Assembly (NCBI GenBank): GCA_043814095.1
Contig: JBDRKI010000126.1
Coordinates: 1 to 45,371 of the forward strand
Source of the DNA: Armatimonadota bacterium
GTDB lineage: Bacteria > Vulcanimicrobiota > JACPDS01 > JBDRKI01
DNA length: 45,371 nt
Reading direction: 5' to 3'
The position numbers were made by a program, and so were the translations under genes. Position 1 is the stretch's first letter, and the number at the start of each line of letters is the position of its first letter. Shown here piece after piece: positions 19,923 to 29,965 of this stretch. The notes below the pieces were generated by a model. It searched no databases, had not been told where the DNA came from, and saw only the letters and a program-made list of their open reading frames with translations.

Positions 19923-21701
19923 TTATAATATTTTCCTTATCGCCTCTTCGTCATTGTCTTTTACAAACTGCATTAATTTGTTCAGTTTTTCCTGTGATTG
20001 AGATTTATCTATTTCGGCGCATTTTACTTTGAAAATCTTACTTATTTCCGTATCCTGTTTTTCTTCATCAATACTTAAAAGCTCTTCATTTATTTTCTCT
20101 CCGGGCCTTACACCCACAACTTCTATGGGAATATCTATATCGGGCTCCAGCCCCGAGAGACGTATCATGTTTCTTGCAAGGTCCATGATTTTAACCTGCT
20201 TGCCCATGTCCAGTATAAATACATCGCCGCTCTCGCCGAAAGCGCCGGCCTGTATAACAAGCTGGACCGCTTCGGGTATTGTCATAAAAAACCGGGTCAT
20301 ATTGGGATCCGTAACCGTTACGGGACCGCCCAGGCTTATCTGTTTCTTGAAAGTCGGGATAACGCTCCCTTTAGAATCCAGCACGTTCCCGAATCTTACG
20401 GAGATAAATTTCGTGCCGCCCTCCGAGTTCAAACGCAGGACCATTTCTGCCCAAGATTTACTCTTGCCCATTATGCTGACCGGATTAACGGCTTTATCCG
20501 TTGAGAGAAAAACAAATCTTTCAACGAAGTATTTTTTGGACATATTAACAAGGTTAAGCGTGCCGAAAATATTATTGGTTGCGGCTTCTCCCGGATTTGC
20601 TTCCATAAGATGAACATGTTTATGAGCGGCGGCATGAAAAATCACCTGAATATTCTCTTTTTTAAACAAAAGCTCCAGTCTCTCAATATTCCTTATGTCG
20701 CATATAAATATCTCTAAAGGAACCTTTATCTTTGAAGAAAGCTCAATCCATATCTCGTGAAGGCTGTTTTCGCCCCTGCCCAGCAAAATTAATTTTTTAG
20801 GATTAAATCTTACAATCTGCCTGGCAATCTCGGATCCTATTGAACCGCCCGCCCCCGTAATTAAAACAACCTTATCCGCCAGGTACCTGCTTATCTTCGG
20901 GAGATCCAGCTTTACAACATCCCTTTCAAGAAGATCTTCTATCTGAACCTGCCTTAACTTATTTACCGTAATCTTTTCGTCAATAATCTCGGATAAAGAA
21001 GGTATTGTCTTAAATTTTACCGATACTCCTTCTGTCAAGCTTATAAGGTTCCTTAAAAAAGCAGGGTTTGGAGTTGTAATTATAACTTCTTCAATATTAA
21101 GCTGGTTAATTAAATAAGGAAGATCTCGTACGGGTCCCATGACAGGAACACCGTGAATTCTCATATTCTTTTTCGCGGGATCATCATCAATAATGCCCAC
21201 GACAAGATAACCCAGATTAGAATGACGCTTAAGCTCCCTTAATATCATCTCTCCCGCGTCATCAGCCCCTATTAAAAGGACACGCCTTGACTCGGAAACA
21301 CGCGGGGATACCTGCCTCTCGTTAACAAACCTTAATACAAACCTTATCCCGCCTATCATCAGGATTTCCAGAAGCCATGCTATAACTACCGAAGACCTGG
21401 GATATATTGTCCCGTGCACAAAAAATACGTAACCGCCTACGGGGATCATGGCGATGGTTACCGCGTTAAAAATAGTAAGAAGCTCGTGCACGCCGGCATA
21501 GCGCCAGACTTTCCTGTAAAGGCCGAAGGAATAAAAAACAAATAATGTGTAAAGAAAAGAGAGTCCGTAAAAAACTTCCCTGCCTTCTATAAACCTTAAG
21601 GGCATATGACCTTCAAACCTTATGAGAAGAGCCAGAAAAAACGCCGCCGCTATAAGAACAAGGTCGGTTATTATAAGAAACAGTATATGGAGTCTGCGCA
21701 T
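19923..21701 (-). CDS. Membrane-bound UDP-GlcNAc 4,6-dehydratase (CapD/PglF/WbpM family)
   Basis: Four N-terminal TM helices, CoA-binding-like domain, IEDLLER, TGAGGSIGSE, FHAAAHKHV, STDKAVNP..MG.SK, VRFGNVL, MTRFFMTIPEA, RPGEK. Confidence 0.95.
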   Translation of the reverse strand: MRRLHILFLIITDLVLIAAAFFLALLIRFEGHMPLRFIEGREVFYGLSFLYTLFVFYSFGLYRKVWRYAGVHELLTIFNAVTIAMIPVGGYVFFVHGTIYPRSSVVIAWLLEILMIGGIRFVLRFVNERQVSPRVSESRRVLLIGADDAGEMILRELKRHSNLGYLVVGIIDDDPAKKNMRIHGVPVMGPVRDLPYLINQLNIEEVIITTPNPAFLRNLISLTEGVSVKFKTIPSLSEIIDEKITVNKLRQVQIEDLLERDVVKLDLPKISRYLADKVVLITGAGGSIGSEIARQIVRFNPKKLILLGRGENSLHEIWIELSSKIKVPLEIFICDIRNIERLELLFKKENIQVIFHAAAHKHVHLMEANPGEAATNNIFGTLNLVNMSKKYFVERFVFLSTDKAVNPVSIMGKSKSWAEMVLRLNSEGGTKFISVRFGNVLDSKGSVIPTFKKQISLGGPVTVTDPNMTRFFMTIPEAVQLVIQAGAFGESGDVFILDMGKQVKIMDLARNMIRLSGLEPDIDIPIEVVGVRPGEKINEELLSIDEEKQDTEISKIFKVKCAEIDKSQSQEKLNKLMQFVKDNDEEAIRKIL

Positions 21702-21716
21702 AAATATAAATCCTTT

Positions 21717-22355
21717 TTAAGCTTTGTCTGCCTTTTTTATTATTCTTGCCGGATTTCCTGCAACAACCGTAAAATCATCAACATCCTGTATAACCACCGA
21801 ACCCGCGCCGACAACGGCGCCGGTTCCGATCTTAACCTTCGGCAGTATAACGGAAGAGGCCCCTATAAATGCTCCTTCGCCTGCCTTAACCCCGCCCGCA
21901 ACGCACGCAAGAGGCGCAATATGCGTATGACTTCCTATAACGCAATCATGCTCTATAACCGCACCCGTATTTATAATGCAGTTTTCGCCTATAACCGCGT
22001 CAATATTGATAACCGCTTTAGGCATAACAAGAGTGCCCGGACCTATGGCGCCTTTATCAAAAACATAAGATCCGGGATGAACCGCTTTTACAAGATCAAA
22101 GCCAAGCTGTTTCAGCTTTAAATAAACGTTCTTCCTGATCATATTATTCCCGACACCGGCAAAAGCCCCCATGGGGAGCTGATCGGCCATTGTATTCATG
22201 TTTTCTACCGGCCCTATCACACGTACCCCGTGAATCATTTCTCCCTGTTTGTCTTTGCCGTCATCTAAAAATCCCAGAACATTATAACCGCACTTTACAA
22301 GCGCATCCAGCACAACCTTGCTGTGGCCGCCGGCGCCTATTATGACAACTCGCAT
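21717..22355 (-). CDS. Sugar N-acetyltransferase (PglD/NeuD family, hexapeptide repeats)
   Basis: GAGGH N-terminal Rossmann motif, INTGAVIEHDC (catalytic EH), left-handed beta-helix, VAGNPAR. Start moved to ATG 22355 after a GGGAGG RBS. Confidence 0.92.
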   Translation of the reverse strand: MRVVIIGAGGHSKVVLDALVKCGYNVLGFLDDGKDKQGEMIHGVRVIGPVENMNTMADQLPMGAFAGVGNNMIRKNVYLKLKQLGFDLVKAVHPGSYVFDKGAIGPGTLVMPKAVINIDAVIGENCIINTGAVIEHDCVIGSHTHIAPLACVAGGVKAGEGAFIGASSVILPKVKIGTGAVVGAGSVVIQDVDDFTVVAGNPARIIKKADKA

Positions 22356-22466
22356 GCCGCCTCCCTGTTCCAAACAAAATAATATTTATCCTTACCTGTA
22401 ATTTTCTTTTATTATTCAATTTCTCCTTGCGCGGGTTAAAACATTCAACTCTTGCGCGCCGCGCCG

Positions 22467-22496
22467 TTGACAATTTACACGTGCCTGATTTATGAT
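22467..22496 (+). promoter_or_regulatory. Putative sigma-70 promoter of ettA
   Basis: TTGACA-18 nt-TATGAT. Confidence 0.5.
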
Positions 22497-22542
22497 AAAG
22501 TTAAATATTATAAAATTATCAAGAAAGCGGCGGTGTTTTTTA

Positions 22543-24228
22543 ATGGCTGATGAACAGAATAAAATCATTTTCTCAATGGTAAGGGTTAATAAGTATTATG
22601 ACAAGAAACCCGTAATACGCGACATATCTCTCTCTTTTTTCTACGGCGCGAAGATCGGGGTCCTGGGATTAAACGGCTCCGGCAAAAGCACCCTTCTTAA
22701 GATAATTGCCGGCAAAGAGAAAGAGTTTAACGGCGAAGTTGTTTTTTCTCCCGGGTATTCGGTCGGGTTACTGGACCAGGAACCCGAACTTGACGAGAAC
22801 CTCACCGTGCGCCAGGCTGTGGAAGAAGGCCTTAAAGAAACAATTGATGTTTTAAAAGAATATGAAAAAATAAACGAACGGCTCTGCGAAGAGATCTCCC
22901 CCGAAGAGATGGAAAAGCTTCTGGAGCGCCAGGGCGCGGTTCAGGAAAAAATTGAAGCGCTAGATGCCTGGAATATTGATTCACGCCTTGAGATGGCAAT
23001 GGACGCTCTGGGATGCCCCCCTGCCGATACGCCCGTAAAAATAATATCGGGCGGCGAGCGGCGCAGGGTAGCGCTCTGCAGGTTATTACTGCAAAAACCT
23101 GACATACTTCTCCTTGACGAACCAACGAACCATCTTGACGCCGAATCCGTTGCGTGGCTTGAGCATCACCTTCACGATTATCCGGGAACGGTTATCGCGG
23201 TAACGCATGACCGGTATTTTCTTGATAATGTCGCCGGATGGATACTTGAACTTGACCGCGGGCACGGCATTCCCTGGAAAGGCAATTATTCTTCGTGGCT
23301 TGAACAGAAAGAAAACCGCTTAAGGGTGGAAGAAAAAAAAGAAAGCGACCGGCAGAAAACATTGAAACGCGAACTTGAATGGATAAGAATGTCGCCCAGA
23401 GCCCGCCACGCGAAGGCAAAAAGCAGAATAAACGCGTACGAAACTCTCTTGAATAAAGAAATGGACGAAAAAATAAAAGAACTTGAAATATTTATACCTC
23501 CGGGGCCGCGCCTGGGCGATATAGTAATTGAATTTAAAGGCGTCAGCAAAGCTTACGGCGACAAACTTTTAATGGAAAATGTGGAATTCTCTATACCCCC
23601 GGCCGGAGTCATAGGCATAATAGGGCCTAACGGCGCGGGAAAAACAACCCTTTTTAAAATAATAACGGGACAGGAAGAGCCGGATGCCGGAATCGTGCGC
23701 GTGGGTGAGACGGTAAAACTCGGCTATGTTGACCAGTCGCGCGAAAAGCTCACTCCGGGAAAATCTATATGGGAAGTAATATCCGGCGGTAAAGAGACAA
23801 TCGGTCTCGGAAAACGCGAAATAAACTCACGCGCGTACGCCGCCCGTTTTAACTTTACGGGAAACGACCAGCAGAAAATAGTTGATATTTTATCCGGCGG
23901 AGAGCGGAACCGGGTTCACCTGGCGTGCGTCTTAAAAGAAGGCGCGAATCTCCTTCTTCTTGACGAACCCACAAACGACCTTGATGTAAATACCCTGCGC
24001 GCGCTGGAAGAAGCCATTGAAAACTTCGCGGGATGCGCCGTAATTATAAGTCATGACAGATGGTTCCTTGACAGGGTCGCAACCCATATCCTTGCTTTTG
24101 AAGGGGATAGCTCTGTCGTGTTTTTTGACGGAAATTACACCGAATACGAGGAGAACAAAAAAGCGCGGCTCGGCACCTCATATGTGGAACCGCACAGGAT
24201 AAGATATAAAAAATTAACCAGAGACTGA
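22543..24228 (+). CDS. ettA: Energy-dependent translational throttle protein EttA (ABC-F)
   Basis: Two ABC cassettes (GLNGSGKS/ISGGE and GPNGAGKT/LSGGE), ISLSFFYGAKIGVLG, linker ELEWIR..PRARHAK.KSRI, IPPGPRLG, C-terminal PHRIRYKKLTR. Start moved to ATG 22543. Confidence 0.95.
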   Translation: MADEQNKIIFSMVRVNKYYDKKPVIRDISLSFFYGAKIGVLGLNGSGKSTLLKIIAGKEKEFNGEVVFSPGYSVGLLDQEPELDENLTVRQAVEEGLKETIDVLKEYEKINERLCEEISPEEMEKLLERQGAVQEKIEALDAWNIDSRLEMAMDALGCPPADTPVKIISGGERRRVALCRLLLQKPDILLLDEPTNHLDAESVAWLEHHLHDYPGTVIAVTHDRYFLDNVAGWILELDRGHGIPWKGNYSSWLEQKENRLRVEEKKESDRQKTLKRELEWIRMSPRARHAKAKSRINAYETLLNKEMDEKIKELEIFIPPGPRLGDIVIEFKGVSKAYGDKLLMENVEFSIPPAGVIGIIGPNGAGKTTLFKIITGQEEPDAGIVRVGETVKLGYVDQSREKLTPGKSIWEVISGGKETIGLGKREINSRAYAARFNFTGNDQQKIVDILSGGERNRVHLACVLKEGANLLLLDEPTNDLDVNTLRALEEAIENFAGCAVIISHDRWFLDRVATHILAFEGDSSVVFFDGNYTEYEENKKARLGTSYVEPHRIRYKKLTRD

Positions 24229-24253
24229 TTTTGACGGTACGTAGTACCGGATA

Positions 24254-24850
24254 CTACTCCTTTTTCTCTTTGCCGTATACCCACTCCGGCTTTGCAAAGA
24301 GCTTAAAAGTTAAGAACATTATTTTAATATCCAGCCACAATGAGTAATTATCTATATACTCTATATCATAATTAATCTTCTCATCCCATGTTAATATATT
24401 TCTGCCGCTTACCTGGGCAAGACCTGTCATGCCGGGCTTTACTTCCAGTCTTCTGATCTGTCTTGCAGTATAATTGTCCACCTGATACCTTAAAGTAGGC
24501 CTGGGGCCTACAATACTCATATCGCCCTTTAACACATTAAAAAGCTGGGGGAGTTCATCAATGCACCATCTTCTAAGAAATTTGCCTGTAGGGGTTATCC
24601 TCTCATCCTCTTCTTTTACTTCAAACCCGAGCCCCTTTTTCTCCGCGCCGGGAACCATGGTTCTGAATTTATATAAATTAAACGGCTTTTTATCTTTTCC
24701 AACTCTTTCCTGTATAAACAATACGGACCCTTTTGAACCTGTCTTAATCAATACCCATATAATTAAAATTAACGGTAAAAATATTATAATTGAAAATAAA
24801 GACAGTAACACATCTATGATTCTTTTAATTATTTTATTAATTGTATTCAT
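24254..24850 (-). CDS. Monotopic phosphoglycosyl transferase (PglC/WcaJ-C family; initiating sugar transferase)
   Basis: KRIID, KFRTM, RIT..G.FLR..IDELPQLFNVLKGDMSIVGPRP, KPGMTGLAQV, YDIEY. Confidence 0.94.
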   Translation of the reverse strand: MNTINKIIKRIIDVLLSLFSIIIFLPLILIIWVLIKTGSKGSVLFIQERVGKDKKPFNLYKFRTMVPGAEKKGLGFEVKEEDERITPTGKFLRRWCIDELPQLFNVLKGDMSIVGPRPTLRYQVDNYTARQIRRLEVKPGMTGLAQVSGRNILTWDEKINYDIEYIDNYSLWLDIKIMFLTFKLFAKPEWVYGKEKKE

Positions 24851-26058
24851 ATTTTTAACGCATCCGCAAAATCTTTGGCCAGATTCTCCCTAAGAAAGTT
24901 TTTCCGTATATAATTTTTACCGTTTATACCGAACTGATCACATATGGATCTGTTATCCCTGCACCATTTTATCTTTTCAACCAAAAAACCGGCATCATCG
25001 GGAAGAACAAAGCCGCATCCCGATCTCTCAATAATCCCGGCGGTTATGCCCTGAGGCGTCTGGATCAGTACCGGCTTTCCCATTGCCATAAAATCCAGCA
25101 CCTTATTCTGCAGAATAAGCCCCGCGGTATCTATAAACGGATAAAAATTAACGCATATATCCGCATTCGACAGATAAAGCGGTATCTCATCTTTTCTCTT
25201 AAATCCCGTCATTATAATATTTTTAAGTTTTTTCTCTTCTATCATCCTGCCGAGGTCATCTTTCCTGTTACCGTCCCCTACTATTACAAAAAAGATATCT
25301 TCACTGTCTTTAAGTTTTTCAGCGGCAATAACCATCTTCTCCAGAAAATTAAACCTGCTTACCGCTCCCGCGTACATTACAATAAATTTATCCTTGTATT
25401 TCTTAATATCCGGTGGTATTTCTTTTGCTTCAAAATCCAGCATTGACGCGTCAATACCGTTGGGAACTATACTGATCTTCCCCGGGTCTATTCCCAGCGA
25501 TTCTACATAATCCGCGTATCCTTCGGTTATAACTATAATTTTATCCGCTTTCCTGCATAAGAATTTCTCCAGCATATAACTTAACCTTATAACAGCCCTA
25601 TTCTTTAAAAGCCCCATCTCAACAGCCACTTTGGGCCAGAGATCCCTTATCTCAAGGATAAAGGGGACTCTCTTTATCCTGCTTATTATATAGCCGGCCA
25701 ATGCGGTAAATAATGATGGGGAAGTAGTTAAAACAAGATCGGGTTTCTTTATCTTAAAACTGTAAAGAACAGACAGTATAAGGTATGAAATATAGCAGGA
25801 TATTCTCCCGGAAAAACCTTTTTTGTAGCTCTCCGGGACATAAACCCTGCCAAGAGAAGAATTTTTAACATTTAAACCGGACTTCTGCCAGACACCATTA
25901 AATCCATTAAACCTTTTGCCTGTTAGATAATTTAAAGCACCGCCTATTATGTCAAAACTAAAACCCTTATCAGTAAGATACCTCATAAGTTCAATATGGC
26001 GGCTCTCCCCCGGCTCGTCCTCTTTTGTAAAAAACTGATGGATGAATAAAATTTTCAT
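24847..26058 (-). CDS. Glycosyltransferase family 4 (WbuB-like)
   Basis: TSPSLF, EIRDLWP, VPNG, MYAG, VGDG, NK.LDFMAMGKPV; GT-B fold. Start 26058 or 26076. Confidence 0.9.
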   Translation of the reverse strand: MKILFIHQFFTKEDEPGESRHIELMRYLTDKGFSFDIIGGALNYLTGKRFNGFNGVWQKSGLNVKNSSLGRVYVPESYKKGFSGRISCYISYLILSVLYSFKIKKPDLVLTTSPSLFTALAGYIISRIKRVPFILEIRDLWPKVAVEMGLLKNRAVIRLSYMLEKFLCRKADKIIVITEGYADYVESLGIDPGKISIVPNGIDASMLDFEAKEIPPDIKKYKDKFIVMYAGAVSRFNFLEKMVIAAEKLKDSEDIFFVIVGDGNRKDDLGRMIEEKKLKNIIMTGFKRKDEIPLYLSNADICVNFYPFIDTAGLILQNKVLDFMAMGKPVLIQTPQGITAGIIERSGCGFVLPDDAGFLVEKIKWCRDNRSICDQFGINGKNYIRKNFLRENLAKDFADALKI

Positions 26059-26155
26059 TAATATTTTTCCTCGCATTTTTAAATTCTACTTATTTTAATC
26101 CTTACCTTTAAGTGACATAGCAGGATTCTTTATGTTTTTTATGTAATAATTTATC

Positions 26156-27226
26156 ATGAAAACGAAAAAATTAAGATATATTTTAAATGTTTATAATTCT
26201 ATATATAATTATAAAAAGAACCGGGTTCATCTCTCATCAAAACCAAATCTTGTATGGATTGAACCGACAAATATATGTAATCTGCGCTGCCCGATGTGTC
26301 CCGCAACTCACAATAAAAACATACCACACGGCTTCATGTCTTTCAGCTTGTTTAAAAAAATCGTAGATGAGATATCAGACTCAATAGTTGACTGTTATCT
26401 TTTTCTGGGCGGAGAGGCGCTTCTTCATAAAGAAATAATAAAAATGGTAAGATATTTAAAAAAGAAGAACATCTGCGTATTAATGGACACAAACGGAACC
26501 CTCTTGACAAAAGAACTTGCAGGGGAACTTATTGCTGCCGGCTTAGACTTTGTATCATTCTCCTTTGACGGATATGATAAAAAAACCTACGAATCCATAA
26601 GAATAAACGCATCGTTTGATGAAACTTTAAATAATATAATAACCCTTCTTAAGCTTAAACAGGAACTTAAAAAAAATAATCCCTATGTCAGGATAAGGAC
26701 TATAGAAGACTCTGTAAAAAAAGGCGCATTTTCAAAAGAAAAAAAAGAATCTTTTATTCGGAACTTTGCCGGACTCCATGTTGAGGAGTTTTCAGCCATA
26801 CAAGTGGGAAACTGGCTGGGATATGTAGGACAAATACCTCAATATGAAATTCCACCGCCCCAAAAAATAGATACCGCCTCACCGCGCTTCTCGCCTTGCC
26901 CGCAATTATGGACAGCTTTGAGCATACGGTGGAACGGAGAAGTCTCGCCCTGCTGTATTGATATTTCCAATTCCATGCCCCTGGGAAATGTCAAAGAAAA
27001 AAGCATTATGCAGATATGGAACGGGGAACCGATTAAAAAATTGAGAGAAGCCCACCTTAAAAAAGACCTGTCGCGCCTTAGCGCATGTTCCTACTGCGGC
27101 ACGCCTGTGGCAGGAAAAAAACTGGGCATACCGGTCAGCGCATTTTCCGGCATATCTTCGGCATTAAGAATGGTACTGGGATTTAAGTTGTACCGCAAGA
27201 TTTCCAAGGCTTTTCACCCAAGCTAA
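26156..27226 (+). CDS. Radical SAM protein with SPASM/Twitch domain
   Basis: CNLRCPMC motif, GEALLH, TNGTLL, SFDG; C-terminal CPQLW...G.VSPCC.D...GN...IWNG...CSYC. Confidence 0.9.
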   Translation: MKTKKLRYILNVYNSIYNYKKNRVHLSSKPNLVWIEPTNICNLRCPMCPATHNKNIPHGFMSFSLFKKIVDEISDSIVDCYLFLGGEALLHKEIIKMVRYLKKKNICVLMDTNGTLLTKELAGELIAAGLDFVSFSFDGYDKKTYESIRINASFDETLNNIITLLKLKQELKKNNPYVRIRTIEDSVKKGAFSKEKKESFIRNFAGLHVEEFSAIQVGNWLGYVGQIPQYEIPPPQKIDTASPRFSPCPQLWTALSIRWNGEVSPCCIDISNSMPLGNVKEKSIMQIWNGEPIKKLREAHLKKDLSRLSACSYCGTPVAGKKLGIPVSAFSGISSALRMVLGFKLYRKISKAFHPS

Positions 27227-27282
27227 AATTCATTAATTGAAACAAGGCCAGCTCCGATAATTAATACCGTGACATACTCGCC

Positions 27283-27310
27283 GGGGTTTTTACCTTAGGC
27301 GGAAAACCCC
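27283..27310. terminator. Imperfect hairpin between convergent genes (possible terminator)
   Basis: GGGGTTTT-N12-AAAACCCC; no clear U-tract. Confidence 0.35.
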
Positions 27311-27326
27311 ATGCAGCCTTTCATGT

Positions 27327-28661
27327 TTATCTGTTATTAATCTTGTCAATAATTTCTCCGCTTGCCTCAATACCCTGCATAAACGAGTGGTCCATATTGC
27401 CGATTTCATATTTCCACAACCCGAACCTGCCGCAGGTATAAATATCCCTTTCTTCCATATAAGGCAGGATTTTATCTAATATACCATCTCTTCCAAGAAA
27501 CGGTACGGGATAGGCATATTTCTCTCTATGATACCAGATATCAACTATATCTTTGCGCTTTTTATCCCCTATAAGTCCTTCTTTGATTGCCGAAGAGATT
27601 GTATTTTTAACAGCTTCTTTAATCGTTTCTTTCTTAAATTTAGAATATGAAACTTCGCAAAGCACTGAAAAATAATCTCCTGAAGGAGTCAGGTTTGGAG
27701 AATAATTGGAAAGATAGGTTATCCTGTAAAAAGGAATATTTTTACCCGGAAAATAAATCCATGTTTTGTCGCTGGGGCATATACCTTTTACCCCTATCCC
27801 TATTGATATGACTCCCGTGTATAAAAATTCTTTACTTAGATTCTTTATCTCCTTATTAACATTCAAAGATCTTTTTAAGAGCTCATTTAACGGCATCGTA
27901 TTTATAATATAATCATATTTAATCTTTTTATTGTTCTGCAGATAAATAACTTTATTTTTAAGATCCACCTTTTTTACTTCACAGTTATATTTTATTTTTC
28001 CCTTATCAATCTTGCCTGAAAGTATATCAAAAAACCTTCCGGTCCCCCCGTACAAAGAAAATTTAAATAAATTATTCGGCCCCCATGTAGCTTCAATTTT
28101 CTTCTGTTTGTATCTTCTTAAGAGATCTTTGTAATCTATAGTTGTAACTCTTTCACTTATCCAGCTGAAACTCATGTCAGTAAGAGGGTGAGCCCATATT
28201 TTAGAGTTATACGGTATTAAGAAATATTTAGCTATACCCTTACCGAAAATATTATAAATCCATTCTTTGAAATTACCTGCTTTTTTATCTTTAAAAAGAG
28301 AAGTTTCTTTTGCTCCTTTAAGGCATTCTTCTGCTTTTTCAGAAGGAAGCTGGAAAATATTATTCTGGAAAGGATAAGCTACAAATCTTTTATCTGTATA
28401 AACCCAGGTATTCCTGTTATGGATAAGATATTCTCCATTAAGAAGTGTATCATATAACTTATTAAAGTAATCCGAACCGGAAAAAGTTACATGCCCCCCG
28501 AAATCAAATGTAAAACCCTTTTTTGTTTTATAGCTTGCAGACAGCCCTCCGGGGAAACTCTTTTTCTCAAGAATTATACAATCAGCATATCTTTTCTTTT
28601 TAATATTATATGCAGCTGCAAGGCCTGCCGGCCCTGCACCTATTATCACAATTTTTTTCAA
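27327..28661 (-). CDS. FAD-dependent oxidoreductase resembling eukaryote-type UDP-galactopyranose mutase
   Basis: GAGPAG FAD motif, FDFGGHVTFS, YPFQNNI, PYN.KIWA, WISERV, WGPN, GGTG, PFYRITYLSNYSP, YAYPVP, GRFGLWKYEIGNMDHSFMQG. Confidence 0.8.
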   Translation of the reverse strand: MKKIVIIGAGPAGLAAAYNIKKKRYADCIILEKKSFPGGLSASYKTKKGFTFDFGGHVTFSGSDYFNKLYDTLLNGEYLIHNRNTWVYTDKRFVAYPFQNNIFQLPSEKAEECLKGAKETSLFKDKKAGNFKEWIYNIFGKGIAKYFLIPYNSKIWAHPLTDMSFSWISERVTTIDYKDLLRRYKQKKIEATWGPNNLFKFSLYGGTGRFFDILSGKIDKGKIKYNCEVKKVDLKNKVIYLQNNKKIKYDYIINTMPLNELLKRSLNVNKEIKNLSKEFLYTGVISIGIGVKGICPSDKTWIYFPGKNIPFYRITYLSNYSPNLTPSGDYFSVLCEVSYSKFKKETIKEAVKNTISSAIKEGLIGDKKRKDIVDIWYHREKYAYPVPFLGRDGILDKILPYMEERDIYTCGRFGLWKYEIGNMDHSFMQGIEASGEIIDKINNR

Positions 28662-28680
28662 TTAATATATCTCCAATTTT

Positions 28681-29955
28681 TTACTTTCTAAATTTAGACA
28701 GAATAAGTCTATCAAAAAATAAACTAAATACTTTTAGAGAAACAGAGAAAACACCTGCTTTGTGAGGAGTTTTTCGTGGATTTTTACAAAAATTTACAAG
28801 AGGCGATAATACCTTTTCCCATTTAAAATTTTTCCTTATATCTCCTATGTTTTTGCGGCATTTTTCTCTAAACTCCTTATCGCGTGCCATTTTTAATATG
28901 GCTTCCGCAAGTTCAAATTCATTGCCAATCGATATAGCTATACCAAGCTGCTCATCTTCAACTAATTTTGCGTGCTGGTCGCCCCTGCTGCATATTACAG
29001 GAAGTCTGGCCCACAAAGAATCCATAAAGCGTATACGGAAGGAATATCTTGTTTCCAGTATATCGTTGTGCGTTATTACCGCAGAATCTGCTTCAATATA
29101 ATAATCTGCACGTTTTTCATAACTTACCCATTCTTGAAAAAAAACATATTTATCAAACAAATTCAATTCTTTGGAAAGTTTAACTATTTCATCTAATTTC
29201 TTATCCGACAATGCAGAAGAAACGGGAAGTTTCCGGCCCATAAACAAAAGCTTGATTTTTGAATTTTGTCTTGCAGCTATTGCTACTGCATTAATCAACG
29301 TTGTTAAATCAAACCATTCCCAGAGGCCACCCGACCATATAAGTAAAAAATCATCTCTATTAATTCCAGGAATTACACCCTTAACTACCTGATTTGTCTT
29401 AACTGGCTCGTCTAGGGGAATGCCAAAACCCACAATATCAATAAAACCCTTAAGATTCGGTTCTCTTTTATAAATATCTTTTTCTATTCTGCTCAGAGCA
29501 AGAAGCATGCCTATAATTACATCCCTTTGCTTTTCGCCCGAACAAAGTATATAATCGGCGCATAAAAGATTGGCTTCAAAGCTTTTCAACGCATATTCTG
29601 GATTCTTTTTCAGAAAAGAGGAAGAGTCTTTTGCCATAACATCCAGATTCTCAAAAAACACCAGGTTATAAAAATCCAGTACAAATATTTTTTTCTTAAT
29701 TAATGTATACGGCAAATACACTGCCGGCAGATGGTGTGATATTATAATTTCGCTTTCACTTAAAAACTTCCAAATATTAAATATATTAACCTGAACTGTT
29801 TTAAAATTCTCACAGAAAAATTCCGGCTTATTTGGTATTCCAAGCACAACTTCATTTTCTTCCGCAAGAATTTTTGCCATTTCCCAGCATCTTAGGGCAG
29901 GGCCGCCCATTTTAGTTGAAATCGGTTTTGTTGAAAGAATAAAAATCTTTGCCAT
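28681..29955 (-). CDS. Glycosyltransferase family 4
   Basis: MGGPALRCWE, C..EKQRD, WSGGLWEWFD, ETRYSFRIR..D.LWARLP; GT-B fold. Confidence 0.85.
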   Translation of the reverse strand: MAKIFILSTKPISTKMGGPALRCWEMAKILAEENEVVLGIPNKPEFFCENFKTVQVNIFNIWKFLSESEIIISHHLPAVYLPYTLIKKKIFVLDFYNLVFFENLDVMAKDSSSFLKKNPEYALKSFEANLLCADYILCSGEKQRDVIIGMLLALSRIEKDIYKREPNLKGFIDIVGFGIPLDEPVKTNQVVKGVIPGINRDDFLLIWSGGLWEWFDLTTLINAVAIAARQNSKIKLLFMGRKLPVSSALSDKKLDEIVKLSKELNLFDKYVFFQEWVSYEKRADYYIEADSAVITHNDILETRYSFRIRFMDSLWARLPVICSRGDQHAKLVEDEQLGIAISIGNEFELAEAILKMARDKEFREKCRKNIGDIRKNFKWEKVLSPLVNFCKNPRKTPHKAGVFSVSLKVFSLFFDRLILSKFRK

Positions 29956-29965
29956 TTAATTACCT

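Noticed and set aside
27327-28661. Protoporphyrinogen oxidase (HemY) annotation
   Set aside because: Only the FAD-binding fold is shared. The motif blocks and the glycan context fit a sugar mutase better.
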